Source: Escherichia phage teqsoen
Sequence record: MN895436.1
Length of the DNA: 64,000 bases
Strand: one strand, 5' to 3'
In this document: piece after piece, positions 29,226 to 38,922 of the stretch
How positions within the stretch are numbered: position 1 is the first letter of the stretch
Layout: each line of letters starts with the position of its first letter
The notes under the pieces: generated by a model
The model's input: the letters and a program-made list of their open reading frames with translations, nothing else
The model's database searches: none
What the model was told of the DNA's origin: nothing
Made by a program: the position numbers and the translations under genes

Positions 29226-29435
29226 TTAATTTCGCAATTTATTAAGTTCTTCATAATCAATCCAGGATTCTAATCCTGATGGCAAATCAGATTCAATTTC
29301 CCAAAGAAGTTCTTCAATTTTATGAAGACGATCTAGTTCTTCAGCAGGAATAGTAACCATTGACGGAGCTCTTGCTACATTAATATCGTAAATCATATTT
29401 ACCCCAGTTTGACCATACAATCGCCGTATTTCCAC
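29226..29435 (-). CDS. hypothetical protein
   Basis: 69-aa ORF. Confidence 0.5.
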   Translation of the reverse strand: MEIRRLYGQTGVNMIYDINVARAPSMVTIPAEELDRLHKIEELLWEIESDLPSGLESWIDYEELNKLRN

Positions 29436-29614
29436 TTAGAAATAGACTTTTCACCGTTAGAATAATAAACTTCAAGTTTAGCACGATTATTTTTAATTTG
29501 AATAACCTTTGCTGTCATCAAAGTTCCATACCCATAATAAACTGCAACTTCATCACCTACATATACCGCGCTTCCGCGGTAATCGTGAATATAGTCAGTT
29601 CCTTCGAGCATCAT
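29399..29614 (-). CDS. hypothetical protein
   Basis: 71-aa ORF. Confidence 0.5.
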   Translation of the reverse strand: MMLEGTDYIHDYRGSAVYVGDEVAVYYGYGTLMTAKVIQIKNNRAKLEVYYSNGEKSISKWKYGDCMVKLG

Positions 29615-29874
29615 TTAAAATATTCTCGCAGTTGGTCAAATCCACCAATATGACTTCCATCAGGAGCAAATACTTGTGGCATTGTCAAACCAATTTGAGT
29701 ATCACGACCTAGTTTAGTCAGAAGCTCAGCGATTTTCTCATCATCAAAAACACCTTTTTCCGGCATAATGTTGATAAATTCAAACGGCTGTTTCTTCACG
29801 GTCAAAAGACGTTTTGCATTATCGCAATACACACATTTATGAATGTTGCTATCATAACCATATACTTTAAACAT
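29611..29874 (-). CDS. nrdC: thioredoxin/glutaredoxin NrdC
   Basis: 87 aa; CVYC active site; T4 NrdC length. Confidence 0.88.
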   Translation of the reverse strand: MFKVYGYDSNIHKCVYCDNAKRLLTVKKQPFEFINIMPEKGVFDDEKIAELLTKLGRDTQIGLTMPQVFAPDGSHIGGFDQLREYFK

Positions 29875-29875
29875 A

Positions 29876-30118
29876 TTATTCCTTAATTCCTAGTACTTGT
29901 TTAAAAGTCTCGTCGTAATCAAGACTTTGGCCCGTTTGTTCTTTATGTTTGTATATAATATCACTTACTTCTGATAGCATATTTTTATATGAACGAGTTA
30001 AAGCAGATTTAAGCACGCTGTATCTATCAGGAAATTTACCATGTTCATTATAATAAGCTATTGCTAATTCACGGACTGCCTTTTCAGCAGTCTCCATATA
30101 TTCTTTACGCTTGGTCAT
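29876..30118 (-). CDS. hypothetical protein
   Basis: internal ATG taken; track ORF (to 30277) overlaps upstream gene by 173 nt. Confidence 0.45.
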
Positions 30119-30422
30119 TTTCTTCTCGGTCAAATCGGTGTTTACAATGGCGACATTTATAACGAAGATTACTAGTCTGCCAATGGACCAATTGCACCTG
30201 TTCAGTTCCACATTCAGGGCAATTAGGAACGTTTTTAGAAGCCCTTTCACGACGCTTAACCATAGCCATAATGGCATCCCATGCTGGAGGTTTAAAATCT
30301 AAATCGTCACAACCATGAATCTTTCCACGCATTTCCATATCATCTTCCTCACCAGCCATAATAATTTTAATTAAACTGGAATTACTTGAAGCTGCAATGT
30401 CTTCTAATAAACGCTTTTTCAT
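30105..30422 (-). CDS. zinc-ribbon protein
   Basis: 105 aa with CPECG...CRHCKH. Confidence 0.55.
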
Positions 30423-31348
30423 TTCAATACCTCAATAGCATTACGTAAACCATTTGCTTTTGCATTAAGAGCTTTTAACAATTTGGTGTGTTCTGTAATT
30501 TGGGCTTCAACTTCAATCAAACGGGCATTGAGATATTCACGTTCTTCACTCAGATTATCAACCTTTTCTACTTTAGGCTCTTTTACAACTGTCTTATATG
30601 TATTAGGGTTCTTCAGTTTAATTAGAATGCGTGAACTGTATAACATTGAACCATTATCTTCGGTTTCGTCATACATTTCCACTACGTCCATAATTTTTAA
30701 CATCATGCGGAGTTTATAAGACAACGAACGAATAGTTTTGTTGTGCTTATTAATTTCTTTAGCTGTCATGGTGCCAAGATTACGTGAGTAATAATAAGGA
30801 ACCTGGATATTAATTAATACTGATGAACCACCTGGCTTGTGTGTTACTTCATCAGCAATAACCCAGTCCTTAACATGAACTGTATTTGTACGGTCATCGC
30901 CCGCGGTAAATAGTTTGCGAGCATGCTTAAAAAGCATATTCACTTGGTCATTGAATTGACAAGCAAATTTATCAGCAAATTTAGTTTCAGGAATGGTAGA
31001 AAACCAATCAGCCAAATGAGTCTTTTTAACATCATTAACAATAGTAAATTCAACCAAATCGGTTATAGATGTCTCAGATTTAATGAAGCTCGGCTTCATA
31101 AAGTTTTTAATGTTCTCATGAGCTACAGTAGAAGATAACATACGAGAACGTTTAAACCATTCAAGCAAATTGCCTAACGAATGAGAATAAGCGTTTTGAG
31201 TATCTTTACAGATATGATTTTCCTGACCAACATATTGAAGGAAATCACGAAGAATATTATTGATTACTACTCTGTGTCCGATCTGATAATTACGGTGTTT
31301 AGTAATAAGACTGTCAAAATAATCAATATAATGTTTACGAGTTTTCAT
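30419..31348 (-). CDS. hypothetical protein with C-terminal coiled coil
   Basis: 309 aa; helical heptad-like tail. Confidence 0.6.
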   Translation of the reverse strand: MKTRKHYIDYFDSLITKHRNYQIGHRVVINNILRDFLQYVGQENHICKDTQNAYSHSLGNLLEWFKRSRMLSSTVAHENIKNFMKPSFIKSETSITDLVEFTIVNDVKKTHLADWFSTIPETKFADKFACQFNDQVNMLFKHARKLFTAGDDRTNTVHVKDWVIADEVTHKPGGSSVLINIQVPYYYSRNLGTMTAKEINKHNKTIRSLSYKLRMMLKIMDVVEMYDETEDNGSMLYSSRILIKLKNPNTYKTVVKEPKVEKVDNLSEEREYLNARLIEVEAQITEHTKLLKALNAKANGLRNAIEVLK

Positions 31349-31400
31349 ATTCTTCTCACTTGGTTAATGGTTTATACTCCGAGCCATCCTTGGCTTTAAA

Positions 31401-32402
31401 TTACTTAATTAACTGTAAAGCTTGTTCAAGACGATCAAGACGATTAACGGATTCTTCCCAAATCTTTTTAGCCTGCTCATATTCTTTCTGCGCTTTATTA
31501 GAAATTTCTAGAACTTCTTTATAAGCTTTTTCTAGTGCAATAACTTCTGGACGAATTTCTACCGGTTCAGGTGAATCATCAAGATTATCCATTAGTTCCT
31601 CAAGGGTAGTTTCTTCTTTAGAAGTATTCACAATTTCCTCACATTTTTGTTGATAAATTTCTTTATCAGTAGGTGAATAAGCACATTTCACTTCACGAAG
31701 ACTAATTACATTTTTATATCCTTCCCATCCGCATATATTCTTAAAAGGATATGTATGAATATTTTCTACTGTTTCCATACAAAGTAATGCAGTCTCTAAC
31801 TGACGAGTTATAGTGCTAGCAATTGAGAAAAATTTATTAATATTCTTTTGGTTAGCGTTTGGTGTAAAAAATCCATAATTCACAAAAATAGCTACTTTAT
31901 TTTCATCAAGCTCATATTCTTTTACGATAATCATATCAGAAGCCAAAGGATGAATTTGACGATAATCGCCATAACATAATTTAGAAGCTGATTTTAGAAT
32001 TTGTCCTTTGAAAAGTCTGAAATTACTAATCCAACGACGAGTAAAAATATTCTCAGGGTCTTCTTTATTATTAAGATGATAAGAATTAACATCACCGAAC
32101 CAATTATATCCTACTACATCTTTGGTTCGTTTAATTTCTTTCCCAAAATTACCAAGAATATCCCGATTAACCAAATATGAAAGAAGACGAGACTCTTTAA
32201 AAGTTTTCTTGATAACATCTTTATCTACACGGCTAGAAATTTTACGAATTTCATGAATAAATTTAGTAGAAGAAACAATACTTGCATCAACACTATTGAG
32301 CCATTGATTGATAATAGAAAGAACGATATTTTGACCAAACATCGGTATAGCTTTATCATCAATAACGCTATTGAATGATTTGATATATTCGTTACGAGTC
32401 AT
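31401..32402 (-). CDS. hypothetical protein with C-terminal coiled coil
   Basis: 333 aa from ATG 32402 (GAGGAG RBS) downstream of promoter; track start 32453 lies upstream of the -10. Confidence 0.6.
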   Translation of the reverse strand: MTRNEYIKSFNSVIDDKAIPMFGQNIVLSIINQWLNSVDASIVSSTKFIHEIRKISSRVDKDVIKKTFKESRLLSYLVNRDILGNFGKEIKRTKDVVGYNWFGDVNSYHLNNKEDPENIFTRRWISNFRLFKGQILKSASKLCYGDYRQIHPLASDMIIVKEYELDENKVAIFVNYGFFTPNANQKNINKFFSIASTITRQLETALLCMETVENIHTYPFKNICGWEGYKNVISLREVKCAYSPTDKEIYQQKCEEIVNTSKEETTLEELMDNLDDSPEPVEIRPEVIALEKAYKEVLEISNKAQKEYEQAKKIWEESVNRLDRLEQALQLIK

Positions 32403-32430
32403 AATAATCTCCTCAGTAGAAAGTAAGAAC

Positions 32431-32460
32431 ATTATACCACATCCTTGTGGCAAAGTAAAC
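32431..32460 (-). promoter_or_regulatory. early promoter
   Basis: GTTTAC, 18 nt, TGgTATAAT on minus strand. Confidence 0.7.
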
Positions 32461-33479
32461 TAGTTCAGTGCATTTAGTGCATTGTTCAGTTTAGAACGTT
32501 GTTTTGTCAGATTTTGAATCCTCGATTGAGCTTGTTCTAACGCCTTTTCAGCTTCTAGCACTTCATTGGTCGCTTTAACGAGTTCATCATCTACTGCCTT
32601 GATAGACTTCTCAATCGCATCCGCGTGCCATTTTTCAACAGGTTTAAGACTCGGATTTTCAACAGGAAGAAAATTCACTTTATTGAATTTCCATGCATCA
32701 TTATTACCTGAACTATACATCCAAAATTTAGGATCGTTTGATAAGTAATTGGATAAATTTAAGTTATCTTGCACTTCCTGCTTTTTCTCTTGCGGGACTT
32801 CGTCCTTTCTCAAAAAATCGTATTTAAATGAAACGATCATATCAAGTTCATATGATGTTGTATCTAACTTAAATCGTTCAAAACGAGGTAAAATCTTAGA
32901 TTGAACAGCAGCAACAACATCCATATACTTAAATGCTTCTGTCAGCTGTGATTTAAGACATTCACAAATTGAAAGAGAATTTTTTGTATTAGGTTTAAAG
33001 CTAATTCGTGCAGTTCTATTATTTTCTTTTAATGGTCTTACTTCCATCTGAAGAGTATAACCATCAAATTTCAGATTCTTTAAGTTAATATCAGAGCCTT
33101 TTAATCGACTAGCAGTAGACAAAATTTGCTTTAATTGTTTACGAAATAGAGCAATAAATCTCCATTCAATACGATAATGATTTGGATTAAAAAATCCTGT
33201 TGATAAATCGACCTTACTCTGACCAACACCTTGAACAAATAGAGGATTTTTATAATCAATAGTTTTACAGAAATCGGTGAGCTGCTCACGAGCAGTCATT
33301 TGTGTAATATATCCCGCTTTACTAAAATGACGTAACCATTCACTGCTATTCATATACTTAAAGTGAATGGAACTATTAACTCTATCAGGGTCTAAATTAT
33401 TTTGGCACAAAAATGTCATAACATTACGGGTATAGCTGGCATTACGAACCATATCTTCAATTTGAGAACGAGTTTTCAT
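32460..33479 (-). CDS. hypothetical protein with C-terminal coiled coil
   Basis: 339 aa. Confidence 0.6.
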   Translation of the reverse strand: MKTRSQIEDMVRNASYTRNVMTFLCQNNLDPDRVNSSIHFKYMNSSEWLRHFSKAGYITQMTAREQLTDFCKTIDYKNPLFVQGVGQSKVDLSTGFFNPNHYRIEWRFIALFRKQLKQILSTASRLKGSDINLKNLKFDGYTLQMEVRPLKENNRTARISFKPNTKNSLSICECLKSQLTEAFKYMDVVAAVQSKILPRFERFKLDTTSYELDMIVSFKYDFLRKDEVPQEKKQEVQDNLNLSNYLSNDPKFWMYSSGNNDAWKFNKVNFLPVENPSLKPVEKWHADAIEKSIKAVDDELVKATNEVLEAEKALEQAQSRIQNLTKQRSKLNNALNALN

Positions 33480-33487
33480 AGTGTTCC

Positions 33488-34396
33488 TTAAGATTTAAGT
33501 AAATCAACAATTTTAATTAATTTTTCACGCTCAGATTTAGCTTTACTACTCAATCCAGATAGTCTGAAAATTTCATCGTCATACTGTTGAATAGAAATAT
33601 TCAGCTCTTCAATTTGCTTATTAAAATAATCAATTTGCTCAGAATGTTTTTCATTACTGCGAACTGGTACAGGTTTTGTAGGCAATTTAGTTAAACTGGA
33701 TTCATCCGGGCGATAAATTAAAATACAACTTGAACCAATCGGGCATTTAGCACCAGACACATATTCTAATGTTCCGGCTTCTTTTAAAACTTCAAAAGCT
33801 AAACAGAGATGATGCCCCATATTAACATAATCTGTAGAGCGAGCTCTGACGTAATAATCATCGCCGCGAATACTAAATTTAAAGCATTTAAGGTCTTCTG
33901 TATTATTGGTCTTAAAAATCATTTGTTTATCTAGACCTTTAGCTAATCTAGCGCCTAATGCTAATAATCGTCGTTGATTTTCCCACAAATCTGCGATCAT
34001 TTGGTCAAATGATAATTTCGGCATTAGTCGACCGTAAAGGTCATATCCTTTATTATAATTACGAAGGATTTCACTCGCGTTAATACGAGACAATGCTCCA
34101 ATTTTATTAAGGGCTTTCATAATGCGATTAGATAAACCCATTCCAGACCCGTTTGTTCGTTGTAAATGTTTATCTAATCCAAACCCAATATCAACTTTAA
34201 ATTTATCTAAAATTTCAGCATGAACATCTCTGTCAATAACATTCAAATCCAAAGTTGGGTTAAATCTATGAAAAAATTTATCTGGTTCTCCACGACGAAG
34301 TACAGTCCATTCATTCAATTTTTTATTAACTAAAGATTTAATTACTGCATTGACATTATTAATTACTACTGACATATTTTCCTCACTCAATTTCAA
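33488..34396 (-). CDS. hypothetical protein with C-terminal coiled coil
   Basis: 302 aa. Confidence 0.6.
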   Translation of the reverse strand: MKLSEENMSVVINNVNAVIKSLVNKKLNEWTVLRRGEPDKFFHRFNPTLDLNVIDRDVHAEILDKFKVDIGFGLDKHLQRTNGSGMGLSNRIMKALNKIGALSRINASEILRNYNKGYDLYGRLMPKLSFDQMIADLWENQRRLLALGARLAKGLDKQMIFKTNNTEDLKCFKFSIRGDDYYVRARSTDYVNMGHHLCLAFEVLKEAGTLEYVSGAKCPIGSSCILIYRPDESSLTKLPTKPVPVRSNEKHSEQIDYFNKQIEELNISIQQYDDEIFRLSGLSSKAKSEREKLIKIVDLLKS

Positions 34397-34790
34397 TTTT
34401 ACTAAATATACAGAATAAGATGGAACAGACTATATAAGCACCACACACAGATTGAACTAATACCATTCCAAAGAACCAAACAATATTATCAAACAATGTC
34501 TGTTTTACGTCGAAAGGACGTAAACTTACAGTAATATTATCGCCTTTTTCTATTGATGAATACATCTCTGGTGAAATATATTCGCTAAATCTATAACCGT
34601 CTTTGAGTTCATATACAGCAATAAACGATAAACTAGACCCCTTTCCTTGAGTTCCTGTAAAGGTATTAACTACAGTAACATCATAATCTTTATAATGCAT
34701 ATAATCATTAATAGCATAATAACCATATGCAACTACTACACATAAACAACATATCAATAAATTCAATCTTTTAATTATCAACTGTTTCAT
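34383..34790 (-). CDS. membrane protein
   Basis: 135 aa; N- and C-terminal hydrophobic helices. Confidence 0.55.
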   Translation of the reverse strand: MKQLIIKRLNLLICCLCVVVAYGYYAINDYMHYKDYDVTVVNTFTGTQGKGSSLSFIAVYELKDGYRFSEYISPEMYSSIEKGDNITVSLRPFDVKQTLFDNIVWFFGMVLVQSVCGAYIVCSILFCIFSKIEIE

Positions 34791-34819
34791 AATAATCTCA
34801 ATTAAAAGGGCTTAGAACC

Positions 34820-34843
34820 ATTATACCATCCTTGGTATAAAGC
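34820..34843 (-). promoter_or_regulatory. candidate middle (MotA-type) promoter
   Basis: GCTTTA box, 12 nt, TGgTATAAT on minus strand. Confidence 0.35.
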
Positions 34844-34845
34844 GG

Positions 34846-35373
34846 TTATGCGAGTACCGTCTTTAACCGTTCTTCAAACTTCCGAAGAGTATTCTGGCGT
34901 TCAGCTCTTTGCTTTTTATAAGTTTCAATACGCTCTGAAATGAGAGTGTATCGTTCATTTACTGATTCTTTCATAAAATCAGGAATTTCACGAGAAGCTT
35001 TAATCTCATCAAATTTATCAATAACAGCTTGCTCTTCGGCAATTAAGTTATCATACATCAAAATATCTTTCTTGATGAACTCAATATCTTCTTGAGTTAC
35101 ACGAGATAATTTAGATGCTTTATCCTTTTTGTACTGTTCATTAGTATCACGAGACCAGTGTAATGTACGATTTTTATTCGTATTCTTGTAAATTTCTACA
35201 ATACCAATCTCATCAATAATAACGATCCAATTCCAACGGGATTTGTAAATCTGCCCTCCATCAACCGTGATTTCACCTTCGATTGAGATGTCATTAAAGA
35301 ACTTGCTTTGTGCTTCAGATTTAAATTTACCATCGTTATAATTTACCAGGTTGAAAATATCTTTAGCGTTCAT
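34846..35373 (-). CDS. hypothetical protein with C-terminal coiled coil
   Basis: 175 aa; GGAGGAACAG RBS. Confidence 0.6.
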   Translation of the reverse strand: MNAKDIFNLVNYNDGKFKSEAQSKFFNDISIEGEITVDGGQIYKSRWNWIVIIDEIGIVEIYKNTNKNRTLHWSRDTNEQYKKDKASKLSRVTQEDIEFIKKDILMYDNLIAEEQAVIDKFDEIKASREIPDFMKESVNERYTLISERIETYKKQRAERQNTLRKFEERLKTVLA

Positions 35374-35401
35374 TTTCTGTTCCTCCGTAGTTGATAGTTG
35401 T

Positions 35402-35431
35402 ATAGTACCACAGAGGAACAGTCTTGTAAAC
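35402..35431 (-). promoter_or_regulatory. early promoter cassette
   Basis: GTTTAC, 18 nt, TGgTACTAT. Confidence 0.7.
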
Positions 35432-35433
35432 CA

Positions 35434-35748
35434 CTAAAAGAAACTTCTTTCACAATTTTTTCCACTGAACCAAGCGCTCACTGCTTTCTTAGTCTCAGGA
35501 GCAGTGTTATCCATAAACCATTCAAAGGCAGCCTTTTTATGATTCTGGAGGGCTTCTCGGGCTTTAATCTGCTCACGGTCTATTAACACTAACATATGAG
35601 CCTTTCTTGTCACCAAGGGCTTCTTATGATTCTTGGAGTATTCCCAGTCATTTGTCCAACGCATTGTCGTTGCGAACTGATGAACCGCGTCTTTAATTTT
35701 AGTTTCATAAATTTCACGAGCCTTTGAGTATAACATCATTACCTCCAT
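35434..35748 (-). CDS. hypothetical protein
   Basis: 104-aa ORF. Confidence 0.5.
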   Translation of the reverse strand: MEVMMLYSKAREIYETKIKDAVHQFATTMRWTNDWEYSKNHKKPLVTRKAHMLVLIDREQIKAREALQNHKKAAFEWFMDNTAPETKKAVSAWFSGKNCERSFF

Positions 35749-35837
35749 TTACCAGTTTAATTCTAGTCATCTTTTTAATGGCAGTCCATATAATCTATTT
35801 CTGAACTGCCTTTTTGTCATAGAAGGCCTCTTATGAA

Positions 35838-36818
35838 TTATTTCAGAAGAGTAACCTCAGCGATTTCTTCCCAACCGTTTTTGTCGGTCATAATAAAGTC
35901 AGCAAGATAAAGCGCAGTACGCAGTGAAACATTGCGTAAACGATTAACATTAACTTTCATCCATGATAATGCTTTATAAGTTTCTTCATCAGAAAGACCG
36001 CGCTTTTGCATCATGTCAGTTGAAAGAATAACATCTTCAACCCTGACCATAATTTCTTCATTAGTGTGAACACCCAAATCTAAATAAACTGAGCGGGACA
36101 CTAATGCTTGTAAATGTGGAGCAAGTTTAGTACCACGGTCTAATTCGCGGTCAATGTCAACGTTTGTGATAAAAACAATCGTTCCTTTAAATTCAAACTC
36201 ACGCTCAATGCCTTTTTCTTCTAAGTAAGAAGATGCAGTGCTCCAGCAGACTTTACGGGTCTCTCCAGTGTCCAGAGCAGCTTTCAGAAGATTAAGAATG
36301 TCCATATCAGAGAAAACATCCACATCATCAATCAAAAGTACAGAATTCTCTTCACGATTATTCCAAAGCTGTTCATAAAGACCGATACCGGAGATTTTAC
36401 CGTTAATGCTTTTATATTCAATGTATCCAATATCATTTGCTTTATTTAAAGCTTTATCTAAAGAATACGTTTTACCAATACCTGCTGCTCCCGAGATAAT
36501 TAATGAACGAATGTTTCCGTTAATAATACCATTCGTCATCATTCCCATAACATTAAATCTTTTATTAATGCGGGTTTTCATATCTTCATATGATTCTTTA
36601 ACTTCTTCAACTTTTACACCATCATATGAAATGTCTGATTTGTAAACCCAAACACCGCGACGCTTACCGTCAATTTCAACAAAAACTTTACCATCTCCTT
36701 GTGCATCTACCGGAGCATTATCTGGGAACCATTCGCCTAAGAGCTCAAAAGTTCCAGAGATTTCTTTACCGAAGTAGATACCCTTATTGATAGTTACAGT
36801 TTTCATTTTATTCTCCAA
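35838..36818 (-). CDS. P-loop NTPase
   Basis: 326 aa; Walker A GAAGIGKT, Walker B LLIDDVD. Confidence 0.65.
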   Translation of the reverse strand: MENKMKTVTINKGIYFGKEISGTFELLGEWFPDNAPVDAQGDGKVFVEIDGKRRGVWVYKSDISYDGVKVEEVKESYEDMKTRINKRFNVMGMMTNGIINGNIRSLIISGAAGIGKTYSLDKALNKANDIGYIEYKSINGKISGIGLYEQLWNNREENSVLLIDDVDVFSDMDILNLLKAALDTGETRKVCWSTASSYLEEKGIEREFEFKGTIVFITNVDIDRELDRGTKLAPHLQALVSRSVYLDLGVHTNEEIMVRVEDVILSTDMMQKRGLSDEETYKALSWMKVNVNRLRNVSLRTALYLADFIMTDKNGWEEIAEVTLLK

Positions 36819-36840
36819 ATCCGTATCAGTTGATAGTTGT

Positions 36841-36870
36841 ATAGTACCATAAAGCTTTATGCTTGTAAAC
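36841..36870 (-). promoter_or_regulatory. early promoter cassette
   Basis: GTTTAC, 18 nt, TGgTACTAT; leader shares about 45 bp with the 10414-10460 copy. Confidence 0.7.
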
Positions 36871-36892
36871 CATTTTGTGAAAAATTTTTGAA

Positions 36893-36918
36893 ATAAAAAA
36901 GGGAGCCCGAAGGCTCCC
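36893..36918 (-). terminator. hairpin terminator
   Basis: GGGAGCC-CGAA-GGCTCCC followed by T-run on minus strand. Confidence 0.7.
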
Positions 36919-36920
36919 TA

Positions 36921-37934
36921 TCATTTATAATAACTTCGGTGGTTTTCAAGATAGACCTTCTCAAGGAAGTCATCCCAGAAACTCATGTCTACTTTTTGCT
37001 GCATACCGTTCTTAGAAGCTTCAGTAGATGCTGCTTCTACTTGATCGACCACATCTTCCAAAAACTCTTGAACTGTTTTAAATGGATGTTTACCCAACTT
37101 CACGTCGAGAATAAATGGAGCATCTTTGAGTGGATAAACCAAGTCACCAGTTTTGTAAATTTCCAATAGTTGGAGTCCACCACGGCAAGCATGACTCAGA
37201 GCTTTCCAGTCAATACCTTCATTGGCTTCGGCCTTACGAGCACGTTCACCATATTCAGCATCTAATTTGTTCAGTGACTGCTTAAGCTCAATAAGAGAAA
37301 GCGTTGTCTGATATTTACGACCCAACACAGTGTAGAACGTTTGTGGGCCTGTTTTCTCATGATTATGGAACACCCATTCACAGAATTCGTTTTCTGGAAG
37401 ACGATGCTTAATATCTTCAACTTTAGTACGACGCTGCTTAATGGAACCGTCTTCTTGGTAATCAACCCATTGCTCAGGGATTTGATTAACTACTTTCAAT
37501 ACATCGCGTAATGCAGCCAAACGAGAACCCTTGACACCGTATTTAGAAGCTTGCTTGCGGACATATCCTAAATAGGATTTCATGTTAGTCGTATAAAAAC
37601 GAGAACGGTTGTCTTGAATAAACTTCCACACATCAGGCAAATCAGATTTAACCACTAGTTTAGGTGGAGTATGAAGCATATCCAATGCTACAGTTTCACC
37701 ATCTGCTGCTAATTTAAAGAAATATTTAAGACTGTATAGTTCATGGTCAATATCATCTTTAGTGTTTTTAGATGATGTATTGTTAGTATTTTTACTCATA
37801 TGCTCTTTAACATTTCCGACAAGAATATCGCGAGCAGGAGGAACAAAGATTTCTTTAAAATCTACATCAGATTCTGGGGTAGAAGTTCCATAAAGATGAC
37901 TACCAAAATAGCTTTTCATTACTGTTTTCATCAT
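36921..37934 (-). CDS. Pol-beta-superfamily nucleotidyltransferase-like protein
   Basis: 337 aa; N-terminal GS-x10-DVD motif (YFGSHLYGTSTPESDVDF). Confidence 0.55.
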   Translation of the reverse strand: MMKTVMKSYFGSHLYGTSTPESDVDFKEIFVPPARDILVGNVKEHMSKNTNNTSSKNTKDDIDHELYSLKYFFKLAADGETVALDMLHTPPKLVVKSDLPDVWKFIQDNRSRFYTTNMKSYLGYVRKQASKYGVKGSRLAALRDVLKVVNQIPEQWVDYQEDGSIKQRRTKVEDIKHRLPENEFCEWVFHNHEKTGPQTFYTVLGRKYQTTLSLIELKQSLNKLDAEYGERARKAEANEGIDWKALSHACRGGLQLLEIYKTGDLVYPLKDAPFILDVKLGKHPFKTVQEFLEDVVDQVEAASTEASKNGMQQKVDMSFWDDFLEKVYLENHRSYYK

Positions 37935-38392
37935 TCAGCCTTATATTCAATAACAGGACATACTTTAGCTTTACGAGCTTTTAAAAATTCAACGATAATC
38001 GATTTCTTGGGTTGAATAGGAGGTAAACCTTTATACGCCCTATCAATATTTTCTACGTGTAAAGCATAATCCTTTTTCCATTTATAATCTTTATATTTTT
38101 CACGCAAATGTACAGGAATAACAAATGAACCAATAATAAGTAAAACAACCAAAAGCGCAAGTATAAATGCTAATGGAAGCAAAGTCCATAAACTACCAAA
38201 AATAAGCCAACGCTGTAAACTTTCTGCACAAATAATTGTTAGCCCTACGAGTATAGCACACCCAAAAATAGAAACGAAAAATGTAGGGATAACAATAGAC
38301 CAAAAATATGCGCATAGTGTCTTAGGTCGTTGCCATTCATCGTTAAACAATTTGAATAATTTATAGTGCCAAGAGTTTTCATTAATAATCAT
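37931..38392 (-). CDS. polytopic membrane protein
   Basis: 153 aa with about four hydrophobic helices. Confidence 0.55.
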   Translation of the reverse strand: MIINENSWHYKLFKLFNDEWQRPKTLCAYFWSIVIPTFFVSIFGCAILVGLTIICAESLQRWLIFGSLWTLLPLAFILALLVVLLIIGSFVIPVHLREKYKDYKWKKDYALHVENIDRAYKGLPPIQPKKSIIVEFLKARKAKVCPVIEYKAE

Positions 38393-38394
38393 AA

Positions 38395-38916
38395 CTATCC
38401 TTTCATTGAAGGCGTAACAGTTGTTAAATACTTAATCATAGCTTCAGCTTCTGATTTTGATAGTGAAATTTCTTCACCGTTTTGGCGAATAGAAACAAAA
38501 TCTGGATGACGATCACCACCAGCTTTTAAAACACACATATAAGTATCAGCTTCGCCTTCAATATTTGAAATGATTGAAGCAGTTCCACATGAATGCGGTT
38601 TTTGATAAATCAATACAGCTTTTCTTCCACCATTTGACTGTTCATAGGCTTTTAATACATCAAGCAAATCAGTTCTTTTATCAATAGCTAAGATGTTATT
38701 TTCATCTTCAATATTAAATCCTTCGGATACTTCATAAAGAGTTACCCATAAATCACCAATGTCAATAACAGCATTTACTTTTCCACGGCTTTCAAGAGTA
38801 TGACAAATTTTCTTGATTTCGTCATAACTCATTTTAATAATATCATCTCCTTGACTAAGGAAGATGTCATTTTTAAATTCAACACGAATTAAACCACTTC
38901 CACTTGAAATAAACAT
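38395..38916 (-). CDS. hypothetical protein (paralog of next ORF)
   Basis: 173 aa; C-terminus VSIRQ...KSEAEAMIKYLTTVTPSM. Confidence 0.55.
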   Translation of the reverse strand: MFISSGSGLIRVEFKNDIFLSQGDDIIKMSYDEIKKICHTLESRGKVNAVIDIGDLWVTLYEVSEGFNIEDENNILAIDKRTDLLDVLKAYEQSNGGRKAVLIYQKPHSCGTASIISNIEGEADTYMCVLKAGGDRHPDFVSIRQNGEEISLSKSEAEAMIKYLTTVTPSMKG

Positions 38917-38922
38917 ATTTCC

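Noticed and set aside
35838-38392. Calling the nucleotidyltransferase/NTPase cassette a phage-borne CBASS-like defence system
   Set aside because: No recognisable effector (nuclease, phospholipase, TIR) is adjacent and the nucleotidyltransferase motif alone does not distinguish cGAS/DncV-like enzymes from other Pol-beta-fold enzymes; kept as an unassigned cassette instead.
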